NCBI GenBank assembly: GCA_030765605.1
Contig: JAVCCG010000061.1
Coordinates: forward strand, 1-42,415
Origin: Candidatus Alcyoniella australis
GTDB lineage: Bacteria; Lernaellota; Lernaellaia; JAVCCG01; Alcyoniellaceae
Length of the DNA stretch: 42,415 nucleotides
Direction: 5' to 3'
A program made the translations under genes and the position numbers. Positions 25,752 to 35,465 of this stretch are shown piece by piece. The notes beneath the pieces were generated by a model that worked only from the letters and a program-made list of their open reading frames with translations, was not told the DNA's origin and did not search any database. Position 1 is the first letter of the stretch; the number at the start of each line of letters is the position of its first letter.

Positions 25752-26606
25752 TCAGTCGCTCAGCGGGCGGGCGTGATAAGAGCTTCTGACCAGCGGCGCG
25801 CAGAACGCTTGTTTGAACCCCTTGGACAGGGCGAGCTGTTGCAATTCGTCGAACTCCGCGGGCTCCCAATAGCGCTCCACCGCCAGGTTGCCCAAGCGCG
25901 GCCGCAAATACTGCCCCACGGTGATCATGTCGCAATCCACGTTACGTAGATCGTCGAGCACTGCCTCAATTTCCTCGCGCGTCTCGCCCAGCCCGACCAT
26001 CAGCCCGCTTTTAGTCGCCAGCTCCGGCCGCGCCTGTTTGGCCAGCCGCAGCACTTGCAGCGAACGCGCGTAGTCGGCCTGGGGGCGCACCCGGCCATAG
26101 AGCCGCGGCAAGGTCTCCAGGTTGTGGTTGAAGACCTCGATCGGTCCGTTGGCCACCAGCGCCACCGCCTCCTCATTACCAAGCATGTCCGGCACCAGCA
26201 CCTCGATCGTGGCCTGCGGCAGCCGCCCGCGGATCGCGCGGCACACGGCCAGGAAATGCGCGGCGCCGCCGTCGTGCAAATCGTCGCGAGTAACAGAAGT
26301 CACCACTACGTGCGTCAGCCCCATCTCAGCCGCCACCAGTGCCAGCTGCTCGGGCTCGTGTTGATCCAGGGGCAGCGGAGCGCCGTGTTCGATTGCGCAA
26401 AAGGCGCAGTTGCGCGTACAGCGATCGCCCATAATTAAAAAGGTGGCCGTGGGCTGAGCAAAGCACTCGCTGATGTTCGGACAACGCGCAGACTCGCAGA
26501 CCGTGTGCAGACCGTGACTACGTAGGATCGAGCGCAGCCGATGGACCTGCGCGCCGCGGGCCGGCGGCCGTCTGAGCCATTGCGGTTTGCGTTGCTGATC
26601 GCTCAT
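25752..26606 (-). CDS. lipA: Lipoyl synthase
   Basis: CESARCPNISEC auxiliary-cluster motif and CTRNCAFC radical SAM motif. 284 aa. Confidence 0.9.
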   Translation of the reverse strand: MSDQQRKPQWLRRPPARGAQVHRLRSILRSHGLHTVCESARCPNISECFAQPTATFLIMGDRCTRNCAFCAIEHGAPLPLDQHEPEQLALVAAEMGLTHVVVTSVTRDDLHDGGAAHFLAVCRAIRGRLPQATIEVLVPDMLGNEEAVALVANGPIEVFNHNLETLPRLYGRVRPQADYARSLQVLRLAKQARPELATKSGLMVGLGETREEIEAVLDDLRNVDCDMITVGQYLRPRLGNLAVERYWEPAEFDELQQLALSKGFKQAFCAPLVRSSYHARPLSD

Positions 26607-29044
26607 CCGATGCTCCCCAGGCCCAGCCCCTCGCCCCAGCGTTGTTTAACCAATCGCGCCAGGGGCCGGTTCTCCGCAGCCGCGAGTTGCGGGTCCTCGC
26701 GCACCAGGCGCAGCGCCTCGTCGCGTGCCAAAGAGAGCAGCTTCACGTCGCGGGCCAGGTTGGCCACACGCAGGTCGGGCAGCCCGGATTGGCGCGTGCC
26801 CAGGAACTGTCCCGGACCGCGCAACGCCAGGTCCTCCTCACTGATGCGGAAGCCGTCGGTTGTCTCGACCATCACCCGCAATCGTTGTTCCGCGTTCTCC
26901 CCCGGAGCGCCCCCCACAACCAGCAGGCAGCTCGAGGGCTGTTCGCCGCGCCCCACCCTGCCCCGCAGTTGGTGCAGTTGGGTCAGGCCGAAGCGCTCGG
27001 CGTGCTCGATCACGATCAGCGTGGCATTGGGCACGTCGATGCCGACCTCGATCACCGTGGTGCTGACCAGCACGTCGACTTTGCCCGCGACAAAGGAGCG
27101 CATCACCGACTCTTTTTTCGCGGGCTTCATCCGGCCGTGGAGCAGGCCCAGGCGCAAGCCTTTAAGCTCTTTGCGCTCCAACTGCTCGCAGGAGGCCGTG
27201 GCGTCGGCCAGGTCGGAGTCCTCGGCCGCCTCGACCAGCGGGTAGACCAAGTAGACCTGGTGACCGGCCTTAACCTCGGCGCGGATCCGGCGGTAGAGCT
27301 TGGCGCGGCCACGCTTCGTCACCAGCTCGGTCTTGATCGGCGTGCGCCCCGGCGGCATCTCGTCGAGCAGCGAGATGTCCAGGTCGCCGTAGAGCGTCAG
27401 CGCCAGGGTGCGCGGGATCGGCGTGGCGGTCATGATCAGCACGTCGGGCAGCGTCCCCTTGCCCGAGAGCGCCGCGCGCTGGCCCACGCCGAAGCGGTGC
27501 TGCTCGTCGACGATCACCAGGCCCAGCCGTTTGAACTCCACGCCCTGGCTGATCAGCGCGTGGGTGCCGATCAACAGGTGGATCAGTCCGCCGCGCAGCT
27601 CGGAGAGGATCCGCTTGCGTTCGGGTCCGCGCACCGACCCGGTGAGCAGGGCCGCGCGCAGGCCGAGTTGGGCCAGTTGGGCGCTCAGTCGCTTGGCGTG
27701 CTGCTCGGCCAGCAGCTCGGTGGGGGCCATCAGCGCGGCCTGATACCCGTTGTCGATCACGCTTAGGGCCGCAAGCGCGGCGAGGATCGTCTTGCCGCTG
27801 CCCACGTCGCCCTGGATCAGTCGATTCATCGGCACGGGCTTGCGTAGGTCACCTTGGATCTCCTCGAGTACCCGGCGTTGGGCCGCGGTAAGCACAAAGG
27901 GCTGCTGCTCGAGCAGCCTGGACGGGCTCGGGGTTTTAATTTTGAACGCGATACCCGGCCGACGCTGCAGATCGCGCTTAGACAAGGCCAGGCCCAGTCC
28001 CAGCGAGAACAGCTCATCGAAGATCAGCCGACGGTAGGCTGCGGTGGCCATGCGCCGCAGTTTCTCCGGGTCCTCGTCCTCGGGCGGAAAGTGCGCCTGC
28101 TCGATGGCCAATCCCAGATCGAGCAGCCCCAGCCGCTCGCGCAGGCGCAACGGCAGCGGGTCGGGGACCTTGCCGCGGACCTTATCCAGGGCGCTGTCGA
28201 GGATCCGGCGCAGCCGTTTCTTGGACAGGCCCTCGATCTCGGAGTAGATCGGCACGATCCGCCCATAATGCAGGCTCGGGCCAACCTCGGTCTGCTCGTC
28301 GATGGGCTCGATGTCCGGATGGTGTATCTCCAGGCCGCCGCGGAACTGCGTGGCCTCGCCGGTGACCACCAGCCGGATGCCTGGCCGCACCACCTGCGGA
28401 ATATAGGCCGGCACGTTGAACCAGGCCAGGGTCAGCTCGCCGCTGTCATCACCGGCGCGCACCTTGTACATCGGCCGGCCGCGGGCGCGCATCTTGGGCA
28501 TCGCCTCGAGCACGTTAAGCACCAGAGTCGCGCGTTCGCCGGGCTCGAGCTGCTCCACCGCGGTGATCAATCGACGGTCGTCAAATGCGCGCGGCAGCAG
28601 CATCAGCATTTGGCCCACGGTCTCGATCCCGCGTCGCGCGAGCAGCTGCGCCACCTTGGGCCCGACTCCCTTGACGAACTGGATCGACTCGTCCAGCGCA
28701 GCGGCGGATTGCGGCGCAGGTTTGGGCTGCGGCTTGACCAACACCGGCTCGGGCGCGGCCTGTATCGCCGGTGCCGATGGAGAGAGCCGATCGAGAATCC
28801 GTAGCGCCCGGCGCAGGCGCAGCATCCGCTCGTCCTGATCGAGTTTCTCCAATCCGACCAGCGACGAGGTCAGCTCGTTAAGCGCCAGTTGCACTTCGGG
28901 GTCGACCCCGCGCCTACGCAGCTCGCGCGCCTGGCGGGCGATCAGCACGTCGAGGTTGCGCACGCGCTGCGCTGCCTGGGGCGAGCTTGCCGCGTACTCC
29001 AGCGGTCGGCGGATCGCCTCGAGTGCCTTGCTAATATCGCTCAT
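26603..29044 (-). CDS. recG: ATP-dependent DNA helicase RecG
   Basis: 813 aa. Walker A GDVGSGKT, the DExH block VIVDEQHRFGV, and a wedge/OB N-terminal domain. The stop overlaps the lipA start (ATGA). Confidence 0.9.
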   Translation of the reverse strand: MSDISKALEAIRRPLEYAASSPQAAQRVRNLDVLIARQARELRRRGVDPEVQLALNELTSSLVGLEKLDQDERMLRLRRALRILDRLSPSAPAIQAAPEPVLVKPQPKPAPQSAAALDESIQFVKGVGPKVAQLLARRGIETVGQMLMLLPRAFDDRRLITAVEQLEPGERATLVLNVLEAMPKMRARGRPMYKVRAGDDSGELTLAWFNVPAYIPQVVRPGIRLVVTGEATQFRGGLEIHHPDIEPIDEQTEVGPSLHYGRIVPIYSEIEGLSKKRLRRILDSALDKVRGKVPDPLPLRLRERLGLLDLGLAIEQAHFPPEDEDPEKLRRMATAAYRRLIFDELFSLGLGLALSKRDLQRRPGIAFKIKTPSPSRLLEQQPFVLTAAQRRVLEEIQGDLRKPVPMNRLIQGDVGSGKTILAALAALSVIDNGYQAALMAPTELLAEQHAKRLSAQLAQLGLRAALLTGSVRGPERKRILSELRGGLIHLLIGTHALISQGVEFKRLGLVIVDEQHRFGVGQRAALSGKGTLPDVLIMTATPIPRTLALTLYGDLDISLLDEMPPGRTPIKTELVTKRGRAKLYRRIRAEVKAGHQVYLVYPLVEAAEDSDLADATASCEQLERKELKGLRLGLLHGRMKPAKKESVMRSFVAGKVDVLVSTTVIEVGIDVPNATLIVIEHAERFGLTQLHQLRGRVGRGEQPSSCLLVVGGAPGENAEQRLRVMVETTDGFRISEEDLALRGPGQFLGTRQSGLPDLRVANLARDVKLLSLARDEALRLVREDPQLAAAENRPLARLVKQRWGEGLGLGSIG

Positions 29045-29969
29045 CGTCCTGAATCCAGCCGTTGCTCAGACCCGCGGCGAAGAATTCCTCGCGAGCGTGC
29101 GCCAGCTCCTGGCGCGTGCACGGCCTGTCGACCCCCAGTGTACGCAGGGCGAGGTGCGCTGGAAAGTATTGGCTCATCAGCGAAACATAGATCGCCGGAT
29201 CGAGCTGCGCCAGGAACTCGAAGCAGCCGCGCTCGCCGCTAAGTCCGCCCGGCAGTACCAGATGGCGCACCAGCAGGCCACGTTGCGCAATGCCCTGCCG
29301 ATCGATCTCGAGCCGCCCTACCTGTTGCTGCATCAGTTCCAGGGCGCGGCGGTTGACCTGCACGTAGTCGACCGCGCCGCTGAGACGCAGCGCCGTTTGC
29401 GCATCGTCGTACTTGATGTCCGGCATGTAGATATCGACAATCCCGTCGAGCAGCTCCAGGGCCAACGGCGAATCAAAGCCCGAGGTGTTATAGACCAGCG
29501 GCAAGCCGAGACCCTGCTCAGCCGCAATACTCAGCGCCTCGAGGATCGCCGCAAGCTGGTGCGTCGGAGTCACCAGGTTGATGTTGTGACAGCCCTTGGA
29601 TTGCAGCCCGAGCATCTTTTGCGCGAGCTGATCCGCGCTTTGCGCGTTGCCCGTGGCGTTGTGGCTGATCGGCCAGTTCTGGCAGAACACGCAGCCCAGC
29701 GAGCAGCCGCTGAAAAAGATCGTGCCCGAGCCGTGGATCCCGCTGATCGGCGGCTCCTCGCCGCTGTGCGGCATGGCGCTGGCGATTTTCGCATCCGGTC
29801 CCGTGGCGCAACGTCCCAGCTCACCGGCCAGGCGGTCGACCCCGCAGTTATGGCCGCACAGCCCGCAGGCGCTCAACGCCTGCCGCGCCCGTTGGGCCCT
29901 GCGCTCCAGCTCTGCGGCGGGCAGCGTCAGGTAGCTGGGCACTCGTCTATTTGTAGAAGTAGAGCACAT
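29031..29969 (-). CDS. Radical SAM protein, PflX-like (COG1313, pyruvate formate-lyase activase-related)
   Basis: GCSLGCVFC (CxxxCxxC) plus an upstream CGLCGHNCGVD...GRC. The track ORF 29031..30011 starts at a TTG. ATG at 29969 is more plausible, but the start is uncertain. Confidence 0.65.
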   Translation of the reverse strand: MCSTSTNRRVPSYLTLPAAELERRAQRARQALSACGLCGHNCGVDRLAGELGRCATGPDAKIASAMPHSGEEPPISGIHGSGTIFFSGCSLGCVFCQNWPISHNATGNAQSADQLAQKMLGLQSKGCHNINLVTPTHQLAAILEALSIAAEQGLGLPLVYNTSGFDSPLALELLDGIVDIYMPDIKYDDAQTALRLSGAVDYVQVNRRALELMQQQVGRLEIDRQGIAQRGLLVRHLVLPGGLSGERGCFEFLAQLDPAIYVSLMSQYFPAHLALRTLGVDRPCTRQELAHAREEFFAAGLSNGWIQDDERY

Positions 29970-30564
29970 CCACGTGCTTGTAGCGGTCGCTCTGCAACCG
30001 CTTCTGGGCAAGTTCGGACAGCAGGTTCTCTTTGGCCTGACGTTCGAGCTTGCGATGGGCTCTGGCCCGGTTGCGGATATATCGGTTGGCGCGCATCGGG
30101 TGGAAGATCAACGCCTCGGACAAATAGTAGCACTCGCCCACCGGAATCACGCGGCCCTGGAAGATCTCCTTGCGCGCGAACCCGCGCGGCTTGGGATCGA
30201 TCACGCAGAGCTTGATGCGCTCCAGCAGGTCGCACAGCGCCACGCCCTCCGCGCCGGACTTTAGCACCTGGAACAGGCTGCGCCGCGTCTTGGTGAAACC
30301 CTCGAGCACCAATCGCTGTTCCTCGTCCTCGCCGGATCCGTACTGCTCAAAGAACAGCTCGGCCGGAGTCCGGCCGCTGTCGTTAAGCTTGCGTTCGAAA
30401 ACGTACCAGTCCAGGAAGTTGGTCAGGTGTTGCTCAAACCCGGTCTCGGATTCGGAGACTCGTCCGATCGTTGCAAAATAGCGGATGCGGGCCTCGATGA
30501 TCTCGGTTCCGAACTGCTCGCTGGAGAACTGCAACAGTCGCTCGTAATACGGGGCGATCTCCAC
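29947..30564 (-). CDS. Hypothetical protein (205 aa)
   Basis: Intact ORF between pyrC and the PflX-like gene on the same strand. No motif was recognised and it is not AMMECR1-like. GTG start. Confidence 0.45.
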   Translation of the reverse strand: MEIAPYYERLLQFSSEQFGTEIIEARIRYFATIGRVSESETGFEQHLTNFLDWYVFERKLNDSGRTPAELFFEQYGSGEDEEQRLVLEGFTKTRRSLFQVLKSGAEGVALCDLLERIKLCVIDPKPRGFARKEIFQGRVIPVGECYYLSEALIFHPMRANRYIRNRARAHRKLERQAKENLLSELAQKRLQSDRYKHVDVLYFYK

Positions 30565-30574
30565 GGTCGGCGTG

Positions 30575-31861
30575 TTATCCCGAATGTACGATCCGGCCGT
30601 TGACGATCGTGGCCTTGATTACGCCGGGCAGGCTCCAGCCGTCGAACGGCGTGTTGTGGCTGCGCGAGCGCAGGCACATCGCGTCGACGGTCCACTCCTG
30701 TTCCGGGTCAAAAACCACCACGTCGGCCGGTTGATCCACGGCGAGCGATCCGCCGGGCAGGCCCATAATGCGGGCCGGGGCGGTGGACATGCGCTGGATC
30801 AGTGTGGGCAGATCCAGCTGCCCCTGCCTCACCAGGCGCAGCATTAAGCCCAGTGCGGTCTCCAGGCCGATTACGCCGTTGGCCGCCTTGTCGAACTCGA
30901 CGATCTTCAGCCGGTCGTCGTGGGGCGCGTGGTCGGTGGCCACCGCGTCGATCGTGCCGTCGGCCAGGCCGGTGAGCACGGCGATGCGATCCTGCTCCGA
31001 GCGCAGCGGCGGCGACATCTTGCACTGGGTGTTGTAGCCGCGCACCGCCTTTTCGGTCAGCGTCAGGTGGTGCGGCGTGGCCTCGGCCGTGACCCTGACA
31101 TCGCGCGCCTTGGCCCAGCGGATCAGGTCGACCGAGCCCGCGGTGCTCACGTGGGCGATGTGGATCGGCGCGCCGGTCATCTCGGCGAGGATCAGGTTGC
31201 GCGCGACCATCGACTCCTCGGCCGCGTTGGGGATTCCGGGCAGACCCAGCTCGGTGCTGACGAACCCCTCGTTGACCTGCCCGCCCTGGCTCAGATACAT
31301 GTCCTCGCAGTGTAAGATCACCGGCATATCGAACATCGAGGCGTACTCGAGCACCAGCCGCGCGACCTGGGAATTCCTGATCTCGTTGCCGTCGTCGGAG
31401 AGCGCTACGGCACCGGCAGTCTTGAGCTCGCCGATCTCGGTCGCCGCCTCTCCGTTCTGTCCGACAGTGGCCGCGGCGATCGGGTAAACGCGCACGCCGT
31501 TGGCCTTCTGCGCCTGGGCGATGATCATCAGCGTGATCGCCTGGTTGTCGTTGACCGGATTGGTGTTGGCCATACAGCACACCGAGGTAAAGCCGCCGGC
31601 CGCCGCAGCGGCGCAGCCGGACTCGATGGTTTCCTTGTGCTCGAAACCCGGCTCGCGGAAGTGCACGTGCATATCGATCAGGCCCGGCGCGACGATGCAA
31701 CCCGTAGCGTCGATTGTCTTAACCTTGTCCATCGCGGGACGCACGCGGCTCGCCGGTTGAATCAGCGAGGCGATCCGGCCCTTCTCGATCAAGACGTCCA
31801 GCGGTTTGTCGATCCCCTGTGCGGGGTCGATTACGCGTCCGCCCTTAATCAGCAGTTTCAT
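30575..31861 (-). CDS. pyrC: Dihydroorotase
   Basis: [16 protein letters not shown]...[13 protein letters not shown]... is a class I dihydroorotase. 428 aa. Confidence 0.85.
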   Translation of the reverse strand: MKLLIKGGRVIDPAQGIDKPLDVLIEKGRIASLIQPASRVRPAMDKVKTIDATGCIVAPGLIDMHVHFREPGFEHKETIESGCAAAAAGGFTSVCCMANTNPVNDNQAITLMIIAQAQKANGVRVYPIAAATVGQNGEAATEIGELKTAGAVALSDDGNEIRNSQVARLVLEYASMFDMPVILHCEDMYLSQGGQVNEGFVSTELGLPGIPNAAEESMVARNLILAEMTGAPIHIAHVSTAGSVDLIRWAKARDVRVTAEATPHHLTLTEKAVRGYNTQCKMSPPLRSEQDRIAVLTGLADGTIDAVATDHAPHDDRLKIVEFDKAANGVIGLETALGLMLRLVRQGQLDLPTLIQRMSTAPARIMGLPGGSLAVDQPADVVVFDPEQEWTVDAMCLRSRSHNTPFDGWSLPGVIKATIVNGRIVHSG

Positions 31862-32783
31862 CGCCCGCGCCTCCGGTCAGCAGGTAGAGCAGCGCCATGC
31901 GTACCGCCACGCCGTTGGTCACCTGGTTGAGAATCATCGATCGCTGGCAGTCGGCGACCTCGGAGCTGATCTCGACCCCGCGGTTGATCGGCCCGGGGTG
32001 CAAAATCGTGGCGTCGGGTTTGGCGGCCTTGATTATTTCGGGGGTCAGGCCGAAGTGCCGCGCGTACTCGCGCAGGCTGGGCAACAACGCCCCGGCCTGA
32101 CGCTCAAGCTGAATGCGCAGCATCATGATTACGTCCACGCCGCTGATCGCCTTACGCACGTCGTGGAAGACCTCGACTCCCATGCGCTCGATCTGGGCCG
32201 GGATCATCGTCTTGGGCCCGCAGACCCTCACCCGCGCGCCCATCCGGGTCAGGCCGTAGATGTTCGAGCGCGCCACCCGGCTGTGGCTGATGTCGCCGAT
32301 GATCGCCACGGTCAGGCCGTTGATCCGGCCCTTGACGTCGCGAATCATCAGCATGTCCAGCAGCGCCTGGGACGGGTGCTCGTGCGCCCCGTCGCCGGCG
32401 TTGATCACGCCGCATTCGACCATCCGCGCCAGCATGTGCGGCGCGCCGGCCGAACCGTGGCGCACCACGATCAGGTCCGGCTGCATCGCCTCGATGTTCT
32501 TCATCGTGTCGATCAAGGTCTCGCCCTTGCCCACCGAACTCTGGCTGGCCGAGAAGTTGACCACGTCGGCGCTCAGTCGCTTGCCCGCGATCTCGAAGCT
32601 GGTGCGCGTGCGCGTGCTGGGCTCGTAGAACAGGTTGACCACGGTCTTACCGCGCAGGGCCGGGACCTTTTTAATTATCCGCGAGCCGAACTCCTTGAAC
32701 GAATCGGCCGTGTCGAGGATCAGCTTGATCTCATCGACGGCGATGTCCTCGAGGCCGAGCAAGTCCTTGCGGTTCAGTCGCAC
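31845..32783 (-). CDS. pyrB: Aspartate carbamoyltransferase catalytic subunit
   Basis: [19 protein letters not shown] and HPSQALLD blocks. The GTG start at 32783 gives (M)[13 protein letters not shown], matching PyrB N-termini. It is preceded by GGGAGG. The track TTG start at 32861 was rejected. Confidence 0.85.
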   Translation of the reverse strand: MRLNRKDLLGLEDIAVDEIKLILDTADSFKEFGSRIIKKVPALRGKTVVNLFYEPSTRTRTSFEIAGKRLSADVVNFSASQSSVGKGETLIDTMKNIEAMQPDLIVVRHGSAGAPHMLARMVECGVINAGDGAHEHPSQALLDMLMIRDVKGRINGLTVAIIGDISHSRVARSNIYGLTRMGARVRVCGPKTMIPAQIERMGVEVFHDVRKAISGVDVIMMLRIQLERQAGALLPSLREYARHFGLTPEIIKAAKPDATILHPGPINRGVEISSEVADCQRSMILNQVTNGVAVRMALLYLLTGGAGDETAD

Positions 32784-33346
32784 TTGGGCCTCCCGCCGAC
32801 GTTCAGGGCATGGGGAACGAGCAGCGCGCAGTCCGGCTCTCCGGGGCAGCCGATCTTGCAAAGCACTTTATCGTCGTAATCGGTCTCAAACGCGCGGCCC
32901 ACGTAGTCCGCGTGGATCGGCAGTTCGCGGTGTCCGCGGTCGATCAGCACCGCAAGCTGAATCGCGGCCGGACGCCCCAGGTCCATCAGCGCGTCCATTG
33001 CCGAGCGCACGGTGCGGCCGGTGAACAACACGTCGTCGACCAGCACCGCAATGCGGCCATCGAGGTTGAAGCCGATCTCCGTGCGAAACAGTTGCGGACG
33101 GTCGTGGCGGTCCAGGTCGTCGCGGTACAGTCCGATGTCCAGGGTGCCGAAGGGAATTTCGACTCCCTCGATCGCCCGCAGCTTGGTCGAGAGCAGGCGC
33201 ATTACCGGCTCGCCGCCGCGCAGCACGCCGACCAGCGCCAGGCGGCCGGAGCCGCGGTTGCGCTCGAGGATCTCGTGGGCGATGCGCGTGACGATGCGGT
33301 CGATCCGCTCCGCGTCCAGCAGTTGACGCTGATCTGCTTTATCCAT
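32774..33346 (-). CDS. pyrR: Bifunctional pyrimidine operon regulator / uracil phosphoribosyltransferase PyrR, with an unusual Cys-containing C-terminal extension
   Basis: [28 protein letters not shown]...[20 protein letters not shown] is the PRTase/PyrR core. ATG at 33346 with a GGGGA RBS. The C-terminal ~28 aa, [28 protein letters not shown], go beyond the normal PyrR end. Confidence 0.8.
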   Translation of the reverse strand: MDKADQRQLLDAERIDRIVTRIAHEILERNRGSGRLALVGVLRGGEPVMRLLSTKLRAIEGVEIPFGTLDIGLYRDDLDRHDRPQLFRTEIGFNLDGRIAVLVDDVLFTGRTVRSAMDALMDLGRPAAIQLAVLIDRGHRELPIHADYVGRAFETDYDDKVLCKIGCPGEPDCALLVPHALNVGGRPKCD

Positions 33347-33494
33347 CAATTTCCCCAAGCCTGAGTCGGGCGTAGGATATCCTTGCCCGTCAACGGCCGT
33401 CAAGCTTTCGCGCTCTGGCCTATTGTAGATCGTCTGCTATGATATCCCCACATCGATATCAGCGGATAAACGTGTAGATGCAAAGGAGCTTCCG

Positions 33495-35399
33495 ATGTTG
33501 GCGTTTCGCGAAAAGCACCTGTGGCTGCTGCTGCTGGCGGCGTTGTCGTTATTGGCCCTGGTCGCGGCCGGCTGTTCGGTCGGCGACGACGACGACGACG
33601 ATGACGACGATGACGACGATGATTTCGAGCTTGACGGCAATATCGTCGCGCCGCAGATCGACCCCACGGACTGCCTGACCGACGACGCCAAAGAGGCGGT
33701 CGAACTGGCGCCGGCCTGGCTGCGCACCGAGATGATCCTCAACCTGTGCGCTTTAGCGGACGATAAGCAGGACCTGGCCGCCGAGCTGGTGCTGGGCTAT
33801 ACCGACCCCAAATACATCGACGAGCTGGCGTTTTTAGCGGCCCACGTGGGCAAGACCGACTGGAACTACCCTTCCCTGGACATCGACCTGTTCTACGACA
33901 ACGTCGTGTCGGTCTACGCCGCGGACGAGCAGCTGGACTACGTGACCCTGATCGACGAGGGCGATCCGCTGACCGACGACGACTTCTTCACCACGGCCGA
34001 ATACAGTTCCTTTGACAGCTCGGGCAAGGCCCAGACCGTGCGCGTGGATCCCTATTACTACTACTGGTTCGTGGTCCATCCGCGGCTGGAGGACGAGGGC
34101 CCGCGCTACATCGACCCCGAAACCGGCGGCAGCGCCGATCCGCCCGACGGCGTGTTCTGGCGCGACTACCTGCTCAACCACTCCGACGATCTGTGCCCGG
34201 GCACAATCGACAATCAGACCGATTTCGAGGATCCGGAAAAGACTACCTGGGTGAGCTGCTCGGTGCTCGCCGATCTGCTCGCGGGCGTGGACACGGTCTG
34301 GGAGGGAACTGACGAAACAATCGACAATGGTGCCATTGGCTTAATCAGCTACTGGATCGACGAGGCGATGTGGTTCTTCAGCTATACTCGCCGGCCGGTG
34401 CAGCCCGTGGCGATCTACTCGGGCCATGTGGGGCGTTGCGGCGAGCACGCCGACCTGACCTCCGCCGCCACGCGCGCGGCGCTGATCCCCGCGGCCAACA
34501 TCGCCTCCTATGCCAACGACCACACCTGGAACGAGTTCTACGACTTCCTCTGGGTGCAGTACGAGCCGGTCAACGACATGGTTAACGCACCCAACGCCTA
34601 CGACACCTGGGGCAACGGCACCAAGGGCGCGTACCGCACGCGCGGCGACGGCTTCGCCGAGAACGCCACGTCGCTGTACACCACAACCGGCACCCTCGAG
34701 ATCACCGTGGTCGACTCCGCAGGCAACCCGGTGGACGAAGCGGTGGTGATCGCCAGCGGCAAATATGGCGGAAGGCAGATGGACCACACCATGAGCGTCA
34801 CCGACCAGAGCGGCTTCACCAGCTTCGAGGTCGGCGACGAGAACTACGTCTACCTCGAGGTCCGCTCGCCGCTGGCCAATTTCCCCGCCGAGCAGGTGAT
34901 CAAGAAGCGCATCAATGCCGGCCAAACCTATGAGGGCCAAATCGAGCTTGATGCCGAGCTTAAGACCCTGGACATCGCGCAGCCCGAGGACTACCAGGGC
35001 GCGGGCGTGGTCACGCTCGAGGTCGGCCTGATCGACGCGGTGCGTTACGTGCGCAACCAGGGGATCGTCGGCACCAATATCTTCACTCAGTCCTACGACG
35101 ACGTGCTGCTGCCGCTGTACATGGTCGACGCGCAGAACTACGCCCTCTACCAGGACGGCGAGCAGTTCGTTGCCCACGCCCTGACCTTTGATGCCAACGG
35201 CGAGGCGCAGTTCGACCTGCCCCACGGCGGCGACTGGATGCTGTTCGTGAGCAACTACTCGGGCGTGAGCAACTACATCACCGGCGCGTTGGCAGTGCAG
35301 ATCGTCAACGCCGCCACCGACGAGGTATTCGACTCGGCGCAGGTCGAGCTGTTCCTCGAGCCGGGCGATCTGGCGCTGTTTGAATTAAACGGATTGTAG
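33495..35399 (+). CDS. Lipoprotein: transglutaminase-like cysteine-protease core domain, with a 13-Asp linker after the lipobox
   Basis: The N-terminus MLAFREKHLWLLLLAALSLLALVAAGCSVG is followed by DDDDDDDDDDDDD. Transglutaminase-like core: GRCGEHADLTSAATRAALIPAANIASYANDHTWNEFY (a Cys...His...Asp/Asn arrangement). C-terminal Ig-like / CarboxypepD_reg-like beta domain (TGTLEITVVDSAGNPVDEAVV). Confidence 0.6.
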   Translation: MLAFREKHLWLLLLAALSLLALVAAGCSVGDDDDDDDDDDDDDFELDGNIVAPQIDPTDCLTDDAKEAVELAPAWLRTEMILNLCALADDKQDLAAELVLGYTDPKYIDELAFLAAHVGKTDWNYPSLDIDLFYDNVVSVYAADEQLDYVTLIDEGDPLTDDDFFTTAEYSSFDSSGKAQTVRVDPYYYYWFVVHPRLEDEGPRYIDPETGGSADPPDGVFWRDYLLNHSDDLCPGTIDNQTDFEDPEKTTWVSCSVLADLLAGVDTVWEGTDETIDNGAIGLISYWIDEAMWFFSYTRRPVQPVAIYSGHVGRCGEHADLTSAATRAALIPAANIASYANDHTWNEFYDFLWVQYEPVNDMVNAPNAYDTWGNGTKGAYRTRGDGFAENATSLYTTTGTLEITVVDSAGNPVDEAVVIASGKYGGRQMDHTMSVTDQSGFTSFEVGDENYVYLEVRSPLANFPAEQVIKKRINAGQTYEGQIELDAELKTLDIAQPEDYQGAGVVTLEVGLIDAVRYVRNQGIVGTNIFTQSYDDVLLPLYMVDAQNYALYQDGEQFVAHALTFDANGEAQFDLPHGGDWMLFVSNYSGVSNYITGALAVQIVNAATDEVFDSAQVELFLEPGDLALFELNGL

Positions 35400-35434
35400 C
35401 GCCAAGGTTATCCTCTTTCTTGAGCGCCTCGCTG

Positions 35435-35463
35435 ACGAACCCTCATGATTAATCCAGGCTAGT
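35435..35463 (+). repeat. Intergenic motif copy GACGAACCCTCATGATTAATCCAGGCTAG, ending 3 nt before the ATG at 35466
   Basis: Seen in the sequence. A 25/27 match to the copy at 4112-4140. Confidence 0.6.
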
Positions 35464-35465
35464 CG

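Noticed and set aside
29947-30564. Calling the 205-aa protein next to the PflX-like rSAM an AMMECR1 homolog (AmmeMemoRadiSam system)
   Set aside because: It lacks the conserved AMMECR1 LRGCIG-type cysteine motif.
32784-32861. TTG start at 32861 for pyrB (the track ORF start)
   Set aside because: GTG 32783 gives the canonical PyrB N-terminus and has a GGGAGG RBS. The longer form would add a 26-aa Arg/Pro-rich leader that overlaps the PyrR tail.
33347-33440. PyrR-binding attenuator hairpin in the pyrR leader
   Set aside because: Only a weak partial match (GGCCAGAGCGCG) to ARUCCNGNGAGGYU, and no obvious terminator/antiterminator pair. Not called.
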